DNA of 64,000 nt, from the NCBI GenBank assembly GCA_029717555.1, contig JAMDHS010000003.1:434001-498000 (forward strand), written 5' to 3'. A program made the translations under genes and the position numbers. Positions within the stretch are counted from its first letter, which is position 1. The number at the start of each line of letters is the position of its first letter. This DNA comes from Peribolospora baueri (lineage: Eukaryota). The notes beneath the pieces are model-generated. The model was not told the origin of the DNA. It did not search any database and saw only the letters and a program-made list of their open reading frames with translations. Below, piece by piece: positions 1 to 11,575 of the stretch.

Positions 1-828
1 GCTCGCATGCGGCGGTGTGTGTGGGTCGGGGCATTCGTTCCACGTCACTCACTAGGCCTTGGCAAGTCCTTGGTTAGGCGCAGATACGGACGGGATCGCC
101 TCGCCTTGTCGAATCGCAGCCATCCCAGTCGGTTTCACATACACATCCCCGTCCTCCATTTGCTCTCCCGCTGTCGCACTCGCACCACAGATACACTCGT
201 CCGACCCGCGCGGGGCCTCCGGACCGGATGCGCCGTCGATCCGATCCGATTGATTCCCTCCGCCGGCCTTGCTCCAACCGGCGGAGGATAACGACGACGG
301 GACGGCCGATGCTCACCCGCCCGTATGGGAGGCGGCAGGCCGCGGGGGAAGGCGGACAGACGTCGGTGGGCGTACGGCAGGTCGCACAAAACGGCGTTCT
401 TGCCGTTTTCGTCTGTTCATGCGCTCTTATGGGCGTACATACATACATACATACACACGCAATCACACAATCACAACCACACACAAGCGCACATACTCAC
501 ACATACACACACAACTATAATCCACTTGCAAGAGAGGCTGGAGGAGAGAGAACGAGAGACCCCGCCGGTTCGGGGTACCCGTACGGGCACGGCCGGCGAC
601 CGTCGAGTCGAGCCGAGCCGTGTCCCGCATCCTTCCCTCGCTCGCCTCGCCTCGCCCGACGTACTCACTTACATATTTGCATCGTATCCGGGGGCGGCAG
701 CGTGACGACGGCTTCTCTGACGGACGACCGCTGATCCAGCTCCCGTTGCTAGAGCCGGCCTAGCTCGTATCGTGATTGTCACGCGGGCCAGCGCCCTCGG
801 ACATGGCGAGCGGTGGAGGAATAAAATT

Positions 829-836
829 TATATAAA
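829..836 (+). promoter_or_regulatory. Probable TATA box of the carboxypeptidase gene
   Basis: TATATAAA in a GC-rich background, followed by a CT-rich leader, about 230 nt upstream of ATG 1061. Confidence 0.55.
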
Positions 837-1060
837 CCCACGACCGCTGGCGACACATACGACGAGTCTGCCTCCCTCCCATCGACCCTCCCTTCTTCCT
901 CCCCCGCCCCTCCTTCCTTTCTTCCCTCCCTTCTCCCTGACCCTCCTCTCCGGACGGACAGGTCCCTTCTTCCTCCACCCACCCATCTTTACCTCTCTCC
1001 CTTCCCTTGCCCCTCTTCTCTCCAACCCTCCTTACCTTCTCTTTTCTCCACCCGCTCGCC

Positions 1061-3972
1061 ATGCCCTCCCGCTCCACCGCCAGCCGGCGTAGCCTCGCCT
1101 CGCTCGCCCTGCTCGCGGGCACTGCTTGGCTCGCTTCCTCCCTCGCTTCGCCGTTCGCCCTCGCCGCCCCCGCTTCGGACTCCGTTCCTGTCGGCAAGAG
1201 TCCCCGTGACAGCGCCGCCTTCGTCTCCAAGCTCCGCAGGGAGAAATATGGCGATCAGCTCGCCAGCGCCAGCGCCCGACGCGCTGCCGCCGGAAAGATC
1301 GGCACTCCTGCCGCTCATAACGTCGCTCAACCCGTCACCGCCAAGACCGACTCGACGGCGCCCGCGAAGAGCTACATCACCTTCTCCAACCCCAAGGGTG
1401 AGTAAGGCCCGTCCTTCGAGCCCCTTCGAGGCACCAGGGCTTCCGAGGCTTGCGAGGCACTGTTCAGGGCGAGATGTCGGCCGGCGGCAGGGGCGGGTTC
1501 GATCATGCGCATGGCACCCGCCCCCCCTTCCCCCCGCGGCCGATCAGGACGGTAGGGCACGGCACGGCAAGGCACGGCGGACGGACGAACGGAGGTGCTG
1601 ACGCTCAACTTCTTTTTGCTTTCCTCTTCTTCTTCTTCTTCCATCAGCTGCCGGTGAGTGCCCATCCGATGGGCCCGGCCCGTCTTTCGTCACGACGCTG
1701 CTCAAAGCGGCGGTATCACGCTCACGCTCACGCGACACCTTCCCCTTCCCTTTCTCGCAGAGTTCCACGTCAACACCACCCTCCCCAGCGTCAACTTCAC
1801 CGTCTCTGAGTCTTGGGCCGGAAACCTGCCCATCTCCAGCAAAACCAACGAGTCACGCGAGCTTTTCTTCTGGTTTTGGCCCTCCGAGAACCCCGCCGGC
1901 CAGGATGACGTGATCATCTGGCTCAACGGCGGCCCCGGCTGCAGCTCCCTCGAGGGCTTCTTGGAGGAGAACGGACCGAGTGAGCGGCTTGTTCTCTCCC
2001 TTCACGTTGATTATCACGACGGCCTTCCGTCGATTGTGCGTGCACAACGTCATCTTCTCATCATCTGTTGCCCTATCCATCCCACTCTTCGCCCCTACCA
2101 ATGAGCAGTCAGCTACAAACCCGGTGCGTCCGGACCCAGCCCGAACAACTACTCCTGGACCAACGTTGGCAACATGCTCTGGATCGAGCAGCCCGTTGGC
2201 GTCGGTTTCACCCTCGTGAGCGATCTCGTCTCGTCTTCGTCGCGAGGCGCATCGGTGGCCCTGCTCCACTTCCGATGACGTGACGTTCGCGCCGCTGATC
2301 AGGTCCTTTCTCCTCGAACGCATACATGCGTGTATACACATGTGCAGGGCACGCCCGACATCGCCACCCAGACGGCCTTGGCCCAAGAGTTCATTGGCTT
2401 CTTGGACCAGTTCTACAACACCTTCGACGAGCTCAAGGGCAAGAAGCTCTGGATCACCGGCGAGTCTTACGCCGGCAAGTACGTGCGTATACCTTCCGTC
2501 TTCTCCTCTTCTTCTCCATCTGACCGTCGCTGTCGGCGTGGTCGAGAATTCGGTACTAACCCCCGGCATCTCCCACTTTTATAGATCCCGTACATCGCCA
2601 ATGCGATCTACAAGGGCGGCAACCAGTTCAACCTGCAAGGCGTGGCCTTCAACGACCCCTCCTTCACCAACCAAGTCCTTCAGGAAGACGTCATCACTGC
2701 CCAGTTCTCCCAAGAGCACCAGCAGACGCTCGGCTTCAACGACACTTTCCTCGAGAGCCTCGTACAGAGAGCTGACCAGTGCGGCTTCACCAAGTACATC
2801 GAAGACAACTACAACTACCCGCCCAAGGGCAAGAACGGTCCCGTGCCGTCCAACGGGGGCAATTGCGGCGTCTTCAACGACTTCTACAACGCTGCTCTCG
2901 ATGCCAACCCTTGCTTCAATATTTACCGGTACGTCCGTTCAACTTGGCCTCGTTCTCGTCTGATCGATCGACTAACAGACTTGGCTTTCTTTCGTTTCGC
3001 CGACGGTGCGGTCGCTCACAGCATCACCGAGTGAGCCTAATTCCACCTTGGAACGTGGCCGCATCGGCGACGCACGACATTTCTCGACTCTCATTGACTT
3101 CGTGCCTTCGCTCCTTCTTTCTCTTCCACCACAGCAAATGCCCTACGCCCAACGACCCACTCGGAGGCGTCAATGGCAACAGCAGCACCCCGACCTGGTT
3201 CGATAACCCCGATCTCCGTAACGCCATCCACGCCCCCGACCAGAAGTGGAACCTTTGCACCAGCAAGAACGTCTTCACCGGTCCCATTGGCACCGGCGTG
3301 AGTAGCCGCCGAGTACTGAGCGGCTGGGAGACGATGGAGTGCGCCTCGCGCACCGGTAGGATATTTCTGACCTTCTCTCCCTCTCTGTCCCCGATGAAAA
3401 TCATCTGTGAATTCAGGACATGTCTCCTCCGCCGGACTCCAACGGCGTCGTGACCAACGTGATCGACTCTTCGCCCGCCAAGCGCACCATCATCCAGCAC
3501 GGCCTAATCGACGCCGTCCTGTTCGCCAACGGCTCCAAGATCGCCATCCAAGGCCTCACCTGGGGCGGCAAGCAGGGCTTCCAGGCGCCCATCAACCAGA
3601 CCCTCATCGTCGATGGACAGGAGGCCGGCCAGTTCACCACCGAGCGTGGCCTCACCTTTGCTCAGATCGAGGGCTCCGGCCACATGGTGCGTGGATGCAT
3701 GAAGAGGTCCTCCGCAGACAGATGGGGCCAAAGGCAGCACTCACTCACTCACCTGCCTTCACCACCCTCCGCGCGTCCCCCCGACGCCACTATAGATCCC
3801 CGAGGACAAGCCCTCCGTTGGCTTGAAGTTCTGCAAGGCGAGTGTAGAGTCCCTCGTCCCTATTCTTTGTTCGTCGTCTCTCGTCTTCCACGTCCCACTG
3901 ACATCCTCCCTTTCGCTCCCGCTTTCCGTCCTTCAGTTCCTCGTCGGCCAGGTCACTTCTCTCAGCTCGTAA
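1061..3972 (+). CDS. Secreted serine carboxypeptidase, peptidase family S10 (multi-exon)
   Basis: Signal peptide-like N-terminus. Motifs [20 protein letters not shown], catalytic GESYAG and GSGHM. Exons join across canonical introns, including 6-nt and 9-nt microexons. Stop TAA at 3970-3972. Confidence 0.93.
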
Positions 3973-4706
3973 ACTGCTTACTTCCCTACCCGCATCGCCT
4001 CAACCGGGCGGAGCGTCTGAGCTCACAGAGCCGGCTGTCTCTTCCAGCCTTTGCTTGCCACCTTGCCCCCCACCCCCCCCCCCCCCTCGGTGCCTGCCTT
4101 GCTTGCTTGCTCTCTCTCGCCCCCCGCTCCCGCTTTCGCCTTCTCACACGCCATCTTTTCCCCCCGCCAAGCTGAGCTTCCCATGCTCGCTCGCCCTGTC
4201 GATCGCTGAGCCGGCAGCTCGGCTGCGCTTCGTTCGTTGCCTCGTGTGAAGGAAGAAAAGGATTGGATGGACAATGATGTATGCACGCCATTTGCAATGC
4301 CAAAGGGTGGAAGAAAGGAATACGCGGCGGTTTTTGTCTGAAACAGATTTCACCTCGCCCGGAGCATCTCATCTCATCCGTCCGCTCGAACTGTCTGAAG
4401 AGGCGACGACATGGGTCTCTCTGACCTGGCTGGACGTCCACGAAGATAAAGAGGCAGAAGTGACTGCGGCGTACCCGCTCCCGTTTAAGCCCTACTACCT
4501 CCGCGAGCGAAATTGTTACCTCTGTGCGAGAGTTTGCAATCTTCCTGACTTACAACCTTCACCTCCTCCCCTTCTTCTCCGCCCATCCTCCCCCCTCCTT
4601 TCGCGCTCATTCCCTCGGAGGTTTCTCTCTCTCCCTTGTTCTCCTTCTCTAGGGCTCTTTTTCTTTGCCCCTTTCTGTCATCGTTCGAATCATCGCCTGA
4701 GGAAAA

Positions 4707-6494
4707 ATGGCGCCGACTTTGGGAAAGCACAGGGAGTCCGCTCAGGCCAGGTTGTTGGGCTCCGGCCTTTCCGGTGAGCTTAAGACCACCACCGACCGGC
4801 TTTGAAGTCATAGCCCGGATGAAGTGTGTGGGAGAGATCATTAAAGAAGCTGTATTTCTTATGTCATTTCCCTTACTCTTCCTGTCCTCGTAGGCGTGGC
4901 CGAGCTTCTAGTGTTCCACCCCGTAGACACGGTCGCCAAGCGGTGAGATTCCAGTCCAACTATAGCCTGCTTTTGACCATCTGGTAAAGAAACTGAGGCG
5001 CTTTACTTGGCCATTACCTATCGCAGACTGATGAGTAACAAGCAAAAGGTGAGCTTTCCTTTCCCGCTTTCTCCTTCTTTTCTACGGCATATACCGGCCA
5101 CCAGGCTCTAAATATTGGCGTTCTGTGCATGTAGTGGTCGTCTCTTACCCCCTTTCTGTTGCTGACTGGTGCTACCATCAGGCGGCTTCATACACTGAGG
5201 TCATTTTCAAGTCACATGCGTCTGCAACGGTCCACCGGAAGTTCCTTTCTCTCTTCCCCGGCCTTGGCTAGTGAGTTGCAGCCTACATTTCGCTACCCTG
5301 TTCAACCTACGACTCTGCCATTACACGGCATTGTTCACTCAACTTTATCTCTTACGCTTTTTCAGCGCGGCTGGCTACAAAATCCTCCAGCGAATCTACA
5401 AGTTCGGTGGCCAACCATATTTCAATGACTTCCTCGCAGCCAACTACAAGCAGAGCTTCGCCAACGTCTTCGGAGACAAGAACGGCAAAGCTGTGATGCA
5501 CGCTGCAGCGGGAAGGTGAGCCGTCTGTCCATTGGGTTTCTTGGGACGTACTTGTGGGCTGATTCGCCTGCCTTTCCGCTGTCCACCCTGTTTCTTCCAA
5601 TTTTCTAGCTTGACAGGTATTGGTGAAATCATACTGCTCCCTCTAGACGTTTTGAAGATCAAGCGTCAGACGAACCCTGAAGCTTTTCGTGGCCGCGGCG
5701 TCTTCAAGATTGTCGCGGATGAAGGCTTCGCGCTGTACCGCGGATGGGGATGGACAGCCGCCCGCAACGCGCCGGGGAGTTTTGCTGTGGGTTTGAGCAC
5801 TATTGTCTGTCCTCATGACCACAAGCGCCGTGCGCTAACGTTTATTGGTTGACGACGACGTTCGATATTCAATGTGGCTTTCGTCACAGCTGTTCGGAGG
5901 CTCTGCATTCACCAAGGAGTACCTTTTCGGTTTGAAGGACTACTCCAACGCCACCTGGAGTCAGAACTTCGTCGCATCCATTGCTGGAGCTGTCGCTTCT
6001 ATCACTGGTCAGCCCGGGATTTCCCTTTTTGGTCAGGGCCTTAATGTTCCTCTGCAGAGCATGCTTCCCTGACTGGTTTGGTATCTTCTACGTTCTCTCT
6101 GCCAGTGTCTCAACCCCTTGATCTCATCAAGACTCGGGTACAAAATGGTGCGTTTCGTGTGTCCCCGGCGATCACCCAACTGTATCACTAACGGCATTGT
6201 ATCGATTTTGCAATTGTGCAGCTGACTTCAGCAGCAAGCTTGGCGGTGTGACCGTCGTGAAGGATCTCATCAAGGAAGAAGGCATGACTGCGTTCTTTAA
6301 GGGTTTGACACCGAAGGTGAGCTCTGCTGGTTATCGCTCGGTCCGTCCTTATACACAAATCCACCATAACGTGTTTTCTGTGATGGTGCCATCTTCCTCC
6401 CCTTGTCGTCCAGATTCTTGTAGTCGGCCCCAAGCTGGTCTTTTCCTACACCCTCGCCCAATCACTCATCCCGTGGTTCGGCAAATACGTTTGA
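4707..6494 (+). CDS. GGC1: Mitochondrial GTP/GDP carrier (multi-exon)
   Basis: ESAQARLLGSG, ELLVFHPVDTVAKRLMSN, SLFPGLGYAAGYKILQRIYKFGGQP, PLDVLKIKRQTNPEAF and LYRGWGWTAARNAPGSFALFGG are characteristic of Ggc1/Yhm1. PxDxxK carrier signatures are present. Confidence 0.93.
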
Positions 6495-6927
6495 ACAACA
6501 TCCCTTTCCTGCCCGTGTTGACTCCCACTCCCCACTCCGTCTACGTATATGTATGTCTTGCTGCCCCCACATTCTGCGGTCCGACGCAATAGATCTTTCC
6601 ATGCTGGACTCGAAATGCTTTCCACCAGGAGACATGCCAAATACATAGCAGAAAAGCGAATTCGATTCAATTCGGAAAAGAGAGCTGAGGAGCAAAGTGC
6701 GATGATGAACATGTTCAATCCCGATTCTGATCTCCTTAGTCTTCCTTCCCTATCTCGTTCTCAACCTTGATCTTGGCTCTTACCTGGTTCCCACCTCGAC
6801 CTCGCTCGGGCTGACTCCCAGCCTTTCTCGTCACTCGTCCATACCTTGCCCTGCAACCTCGATCCCGTTCGACCCCCCCGTTACATTTTCACGAATCCAC
6901 CCGGCAGGCACCGAGTCAGCAATCACC

Positions 6928-8215
6928 ATGTCCGGCACAAACGACCTCTCGGACCTAAGTCAATCAGATCCTCACCAGTCTACAGGATCTGCACATCTCC
7001 GGCCATGACACCGACGATGCCAACAGTCGTCAAGAGCTTCGCAACATCATCGCCCCGGTGGTCGCTGCCATCCGCCGCGGAAGCGGCACCCGCCTCATCA
7101 AGGTTCCCCAAGCCGCCGCAGCCCAACAAATTCTCCGGCGCCAAGAGGTCGCACGCCGCTACGGAGGGATTCGTCGCCTCCCTCGACAACTATTTTAAAT
7201 TTTACCAACTTTTGGATGAGCAGAAAATTGATTTTGCCATCACTTGCTTCGAGGGGGACGCACGCCAATGGATCCGCCCTCGTCCGAAACTTGCATCTAG
7301 CCTAGAGGCCAGCATTCCCCCTTCTTGTCGTCCATCGGGAATGGGCCAGGTCAGAATTCACCTTTGTCAGCTCACCGTAGCCCGCCATCTGTTTCTTGCT
7401 TCAGCACTGATCTACAGGATTGGTTTAGGTCGCCACGCTGATCTCAGCGCACGAGAACGAGTCGGGTCCGTCGGGTCGATGTCTGACCATCGTCTGGCTT
7501 GCGCTGGCGCTTATTTGGTCTCCGGTTAGACCACTTCCGTCAACGATCTCCTCAACAGCGTCGGCGTCCAATGCATGCCAGTCGCCGCCGCCATAGGTGT
7601 TAACGTCGCCAAATGAGTCGACTGTATGCGTGCTTGCGCACTTGGGAGGGCTTCATCGGGCAGCTTCTCTCGCGCTTCGGAGACCCCCACTCGTCCAGGA
7701 CCGCGACCGACCAGCTCTTCGCCCTTCGACAGACCGGCTCGGCGAGTGATTACTGTGCCTTCACGAAGAGACTCGGGTGGAACGAGAAGTCACTCGTGAA
7801 GGTCTACCGACGCTCCCTCAGGCAAGAAGTCCAGACCGCGCTCGCCAGCCTCGGACCTGGGGAACCCCACGACCTGGCAACACTCATCGACACTTCGATC
7901 GCCATAGACGACTCAATCTGGCGGGTCAAGAAGCAGGACGTTAGCCGCCCCAGGAGCAGGACTGGTGGCCCCGCCGTCGGCTGGAACAACAGACCCGTCA
8001 GCGCCCCATCCTTCTCTCGGCAGCCAGTCCCCGCTGCAGCACCCCGCGCGAACTTCGAGCTTCAGTACGTCCCAATGGACATCGACGCGACCAGGATCAC
8101 GAAGCGTGGACCGCTAACCGCAGAACAGATGAAGCACAGGGTGGACAACAACAACCTGTGCCTCTACTAATGGAGCCAATCACCTGCTCTCGCAAGGGCC
8201 CTCGCCCTTGAACTC
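6928..8215 (+). pseudogene. Retrotransposon gag pseudogene (frameshifts, insertion, broken zinc knuckle)
   Basis: PNKFSG...FVASLDNYF...KIDFAITCFEGDARQW, then TWEGFIGQLLSRFGDP...LRQTGSASDY...LGWNE, VPMDIDA, and NNLCLY* followed by GANHLLSQ in another frame (a decayed CCHC knuckle). Confidence 0.85.
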
Positions 8216-8631
8216 GACCCCGATCCCGACCGAGGCACACCGCTCCGCTCCGATGGACGTCGACTACCCCCGACGTCCCCCTTCTTGCGATGCTACGGCA
8301 GCACAGACAGCAGACAAAAGACAGGCTTGCGTGCTTACATCCCATCTCATTCCTCCACGCTCCCGTCGTCCCTCCCAACAGCGCATACATTCTCCTCCTC
8401 CTTCCCTCCCTCGGCCGCCCGCTCGCCCATACCCCCCTTCGTCTTATCCCACGACCACGCCGACGCTGTCTACCATCCCCCTCCTCCACATTCGCGCCCC
8501 ACTTCTCCGCCGTCGAGCCTACGTAGGCCTCCTACAAGTCGACAGCGACAGGCGATTCGCTTCCTGCCCCGCCTTCGTCTTCTCTCTCCTCCCCCTCCTT
8601 CTCCCTTCTCCTCGACGCCGCCGCTGTCAAG

Positions 8632-9219
8632 ATGAGGGCTGACGAGGGATCGGTCAACGTCCTCGTTCTCGGTGAGTCCCTCTCGTTCCCCGTTTGAGTT
8701 CTGGCGGCCTCAACGACCCTCACCCCCTTTTCTTTTCTTCTTTTCTCCCAGGTGGCATGAGCCACATCGAGCCACCGCTCTTCACCTATCTCGTCCCACC
8801 TCCCACCGCAACTTCCTCCGCCTCCGCCCTCGCACCAGGCCCCAAAGTGGCCCACGTGCGAATCGTCGACAAGTTCCTCGTCGGCAGCACCACCTACATC
8901 GACCCGCCCTCAAGGACGCCCGTGTCGAGTACCGCCAGGCCAACCTCGCCGTTCAAGAGACCATACAGAGCAGAGCGCCTTCGACCTCCCCAACGGCGTA
9001 CCTTCCAACACCGACGGTGCCAGCTATGACTTTGTCTTTGATTTCACCGGCGAGGGCGTCGTCGGCAGCGACCATCCCAAGCAGGCGAGCGAGTCTGCGG
9101 TGGCGAGAGAGAGAGAGGTGTCTGTCCGCGAAAGACGGGCTGATCCCTGTCCTTTTTTTTTTTTTCTTGTGCAGCTCCTCAAAGACCGCACGGCGCAAGT
9201 AGCTTCGAGCTTGGCTTGA
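8632..9219 (+). pseudogene. Truncated, frameshifted fragment of a NAD-dependent epimerase/dehydratase-like host gene
   Basis: ATG 8632 and intron 8672-8751 give VLVLGGMSH...HVRIVDKF...TTYI / VEYRQANL / YDFVFDFTGE. There are two frameshifts and a second GC-AG-type intron. The fragment ends at TGA 9217-9219. Confidence 0.7.
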
Positions 9220-10137
9220 CCCCGATCTCGACTTTGACCTTGACCTCGACGTCTCATTCTCGCTTGCGCCACTCCTTCGCCCGGAAGTCGGCAGGCACAA
9301 GCGAGAAAAGGGGCCGAGATGCCGACATCCGGGCGAGGGAGGTGGCGCAAGTGAGAACGAGATGTCGAGTACCTCCTCGCCCGGAAGTCGGCACCTCGAC
9401 CTCGTTCCCCGCCTTGGACATCGCTCCCGTCTCCGCCTCAGCGTTCACCAACATGCTCCCCGCAGAGGACATATCAGCCCCACGGCATTCTCGACGCCAG
9501 TGACCTCGCAACCTGGGCAATCCTCGCATTCTCGACCCATGCCCACTCCTTCGCCTCCCACGTCACCTACCCGGACAAGCCTATTACCGCTGCACGACTG
9601 AAGGCCATTCGCGAGATCAGTAAGCATGCAAGTCCTAGTATGGCTTCTCACTCGAGTCACGCAGATTTCCCTTCGAAGGCGCCCTGAGTTCGCCCTCAGG
9701 TGTTGTGGAAGCGATGAGTTGAACGGGAAAGATAGGTAGAGGAAGACCAGAAAGACCAGCTCTTTCCCTATCTTTGACCGTTCAACTGCTCAAAAAAAAA
9801 GAGAAAGAGCTACAACATCAGGAAGGGGATACTGTTACAGAGCAAACAGCACCCGGCCGAGGCAACTACTGTACAGGCGAATTTCCACGGGTTCGGCCAC
9901 GTGGCTAAGGTGGCGAACTAACAACGCCTATGGCAGTCACCTCCCGCCTGCGTCCATTACCTCCTTGGGGGGATACCGCAGTGATCGGGTCTCACCCCGT
10001 TACACCAGCAGCAGGAAGTCTCGGGCACTCCTCGACTCCGAGGGTTCCACAGAAGCCTTCGGCATCGGCACCTTGTCACGGCCATTGCCAAAGCCTATAC
10101 TTTCCGAGTTCGCTAGGTGTCGCTGAAGACCATTGCG

Positions 10138-11115
10138 AAGGTTGCCAGCCCATGCAAGAAGAGATGAACTTTTTTTTTTTTTTTGGAAAACAGTGTCGGA
10201 CTAGAAGGTCAACAATGCAACACAGCCGCAACAGTTTCCAGATACCACGTTTGCGAGCATCTTCCCAGTGACATCCATTTAGCGGCAAAATCCATTCTTT
10301 CCGCAATTTAGCCATAAATAATGCGACGTTAGTTACAATCTTGCTCCAATCCAACAATTACGTCCACAATGAAAGCATTTCAGCAGGTGGACCGTATGTA
10401 TAGCTAGGGTAAAAGAAGGATCAGTCTTTTTTCGTTGCTAGACAGGCAACATAGTGTCTAATTTGACAGCACAAAATATGCCAGATTTTCATTCCATATT
10501 TTAAGTGCCTACTTGGCTGGGTATAAGTAGGTCTGTCTGCTTTCGAGATCTTGCAAGATAATGGAGCTCCTAAAATTTGGGAACAACCAAGAAAAATTAT
10601 TTCGATGGGAGACGGATCATGGTGATCTTTGTCTGCGGTCAGCCGACCTGACACTGTAAACACGCGAAGTAGTAATAAATGGCCAAGTTATGGTCTATGT
10701 ACGTGCAGAGCAGAACGATCGGCGGACATCAGGTCCTTGGAATGGATCGTTCTGTCTGTGTTACTAAATCTTAAAACATTGGTAAAGCTCATAAAAGAAG
10801 TGCCAGTCACTCAAATATTTTTCTTTCATTGTACGCTTAGGCTTCGCCAACATGAGGAGACTGACCGTCAAAAGAATATCTCGAAACTAGGCTTCACGTG
10901 GATGGGAGCTCATCTGAAAACTGACTGACGAGCCGATGTCTGTACCCTTGAACAAGACACTAATTGCATCCGGAAAAGGTTGACAACATTGGAAATTTGG
11001 GTTTTTTTCGGTGCGTTGAATCGATCTGGGATCAATGCAGGTCATTTGATTTTTCTTCAGTAAGGACGGTTTATTGATTATTGTCCTTTTGGTCTACGCC
11101 TATTCTGGCAACCTT
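10138..11115. mobile_element. Candidate non-autonomous DNA transposon (AT-rich island with 11-bp inverted ends)
   Basis: AAGGTTGCCAG (10138-10148) and CTGGCAACCTT (11105-11115) bound a non-coding, AT-richer segment. GCG flanks both sides. Confidence 0.3.
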
Positions 11116-11575
11116 GCGTTTTGAAAAACTAGACCGATGGGACAACATGCGTGACTTCGCAGTCCACTGATGCTGAGGCTACGTTGGCTCACCCGTTTCA
11201 AAAAAAAAAAAAGAAAACCAACCCTCTTACTATCCTCCACGCGCGTAGGTCACGTGACCCGTGGGCCCGAGTCACGCAACCCTAGTCACGTGCAGGTTCG
11301 GTCTGACGTGGCAGAAGGGTCATCTCCAGCATCCGGGTTGTTCCCTTGGAATACACAGAGCCTCTGAAGTCGTTACGCTGTTTAGATGCTCAAAGGTTTC
11401 CAAAGCACGTGTGAGGTAACTGACATCCGACGGACACCAAACGAGGTGGGAACGAGTAGCTAGGTTAAGTCAATGATAGGAATGCGATTTCACTAAGGCA
11501 CGCCATGCCGGATGACAATGGTACAAGAAGCATGGTTGGTTGTAAGAAGAATGAAAGAAGATGAGCATGTGGGAC

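Larger units (their letters stand above)
6876..10004 (+). mobile_element. Degenerate, internally deleted Ty3/gypsy LTR retrotransposon
   Basis: Gag remnants and a pol-spacer-like LDIAPVSASAFTNML. A polypurine tract AGGAAGGGGATAC is followed by TGTTAC at 9833. CCCCGTTACA occurs at about 6876 and about 9995. No RT or integrase core is visible, and boundaries are uncertain. Confidence 0.6.

Noticed and set aside
436..512. ACAT/AC microsatellite and the overlapping His/Thr ORFs
   Set aside because: Simple repeat. The ORFs are artefacts.
6702..6730. ATGATGA...CTGA as a snoRNA
   Set aside because: Too short, with no recognisable guide or terminal stem.
6700..10004. Matched LTR pair
   Set aside because: The candidate left and right LTRs share only the terminal CCCCGTTACA. 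I see no extended identity or target-site duplication.
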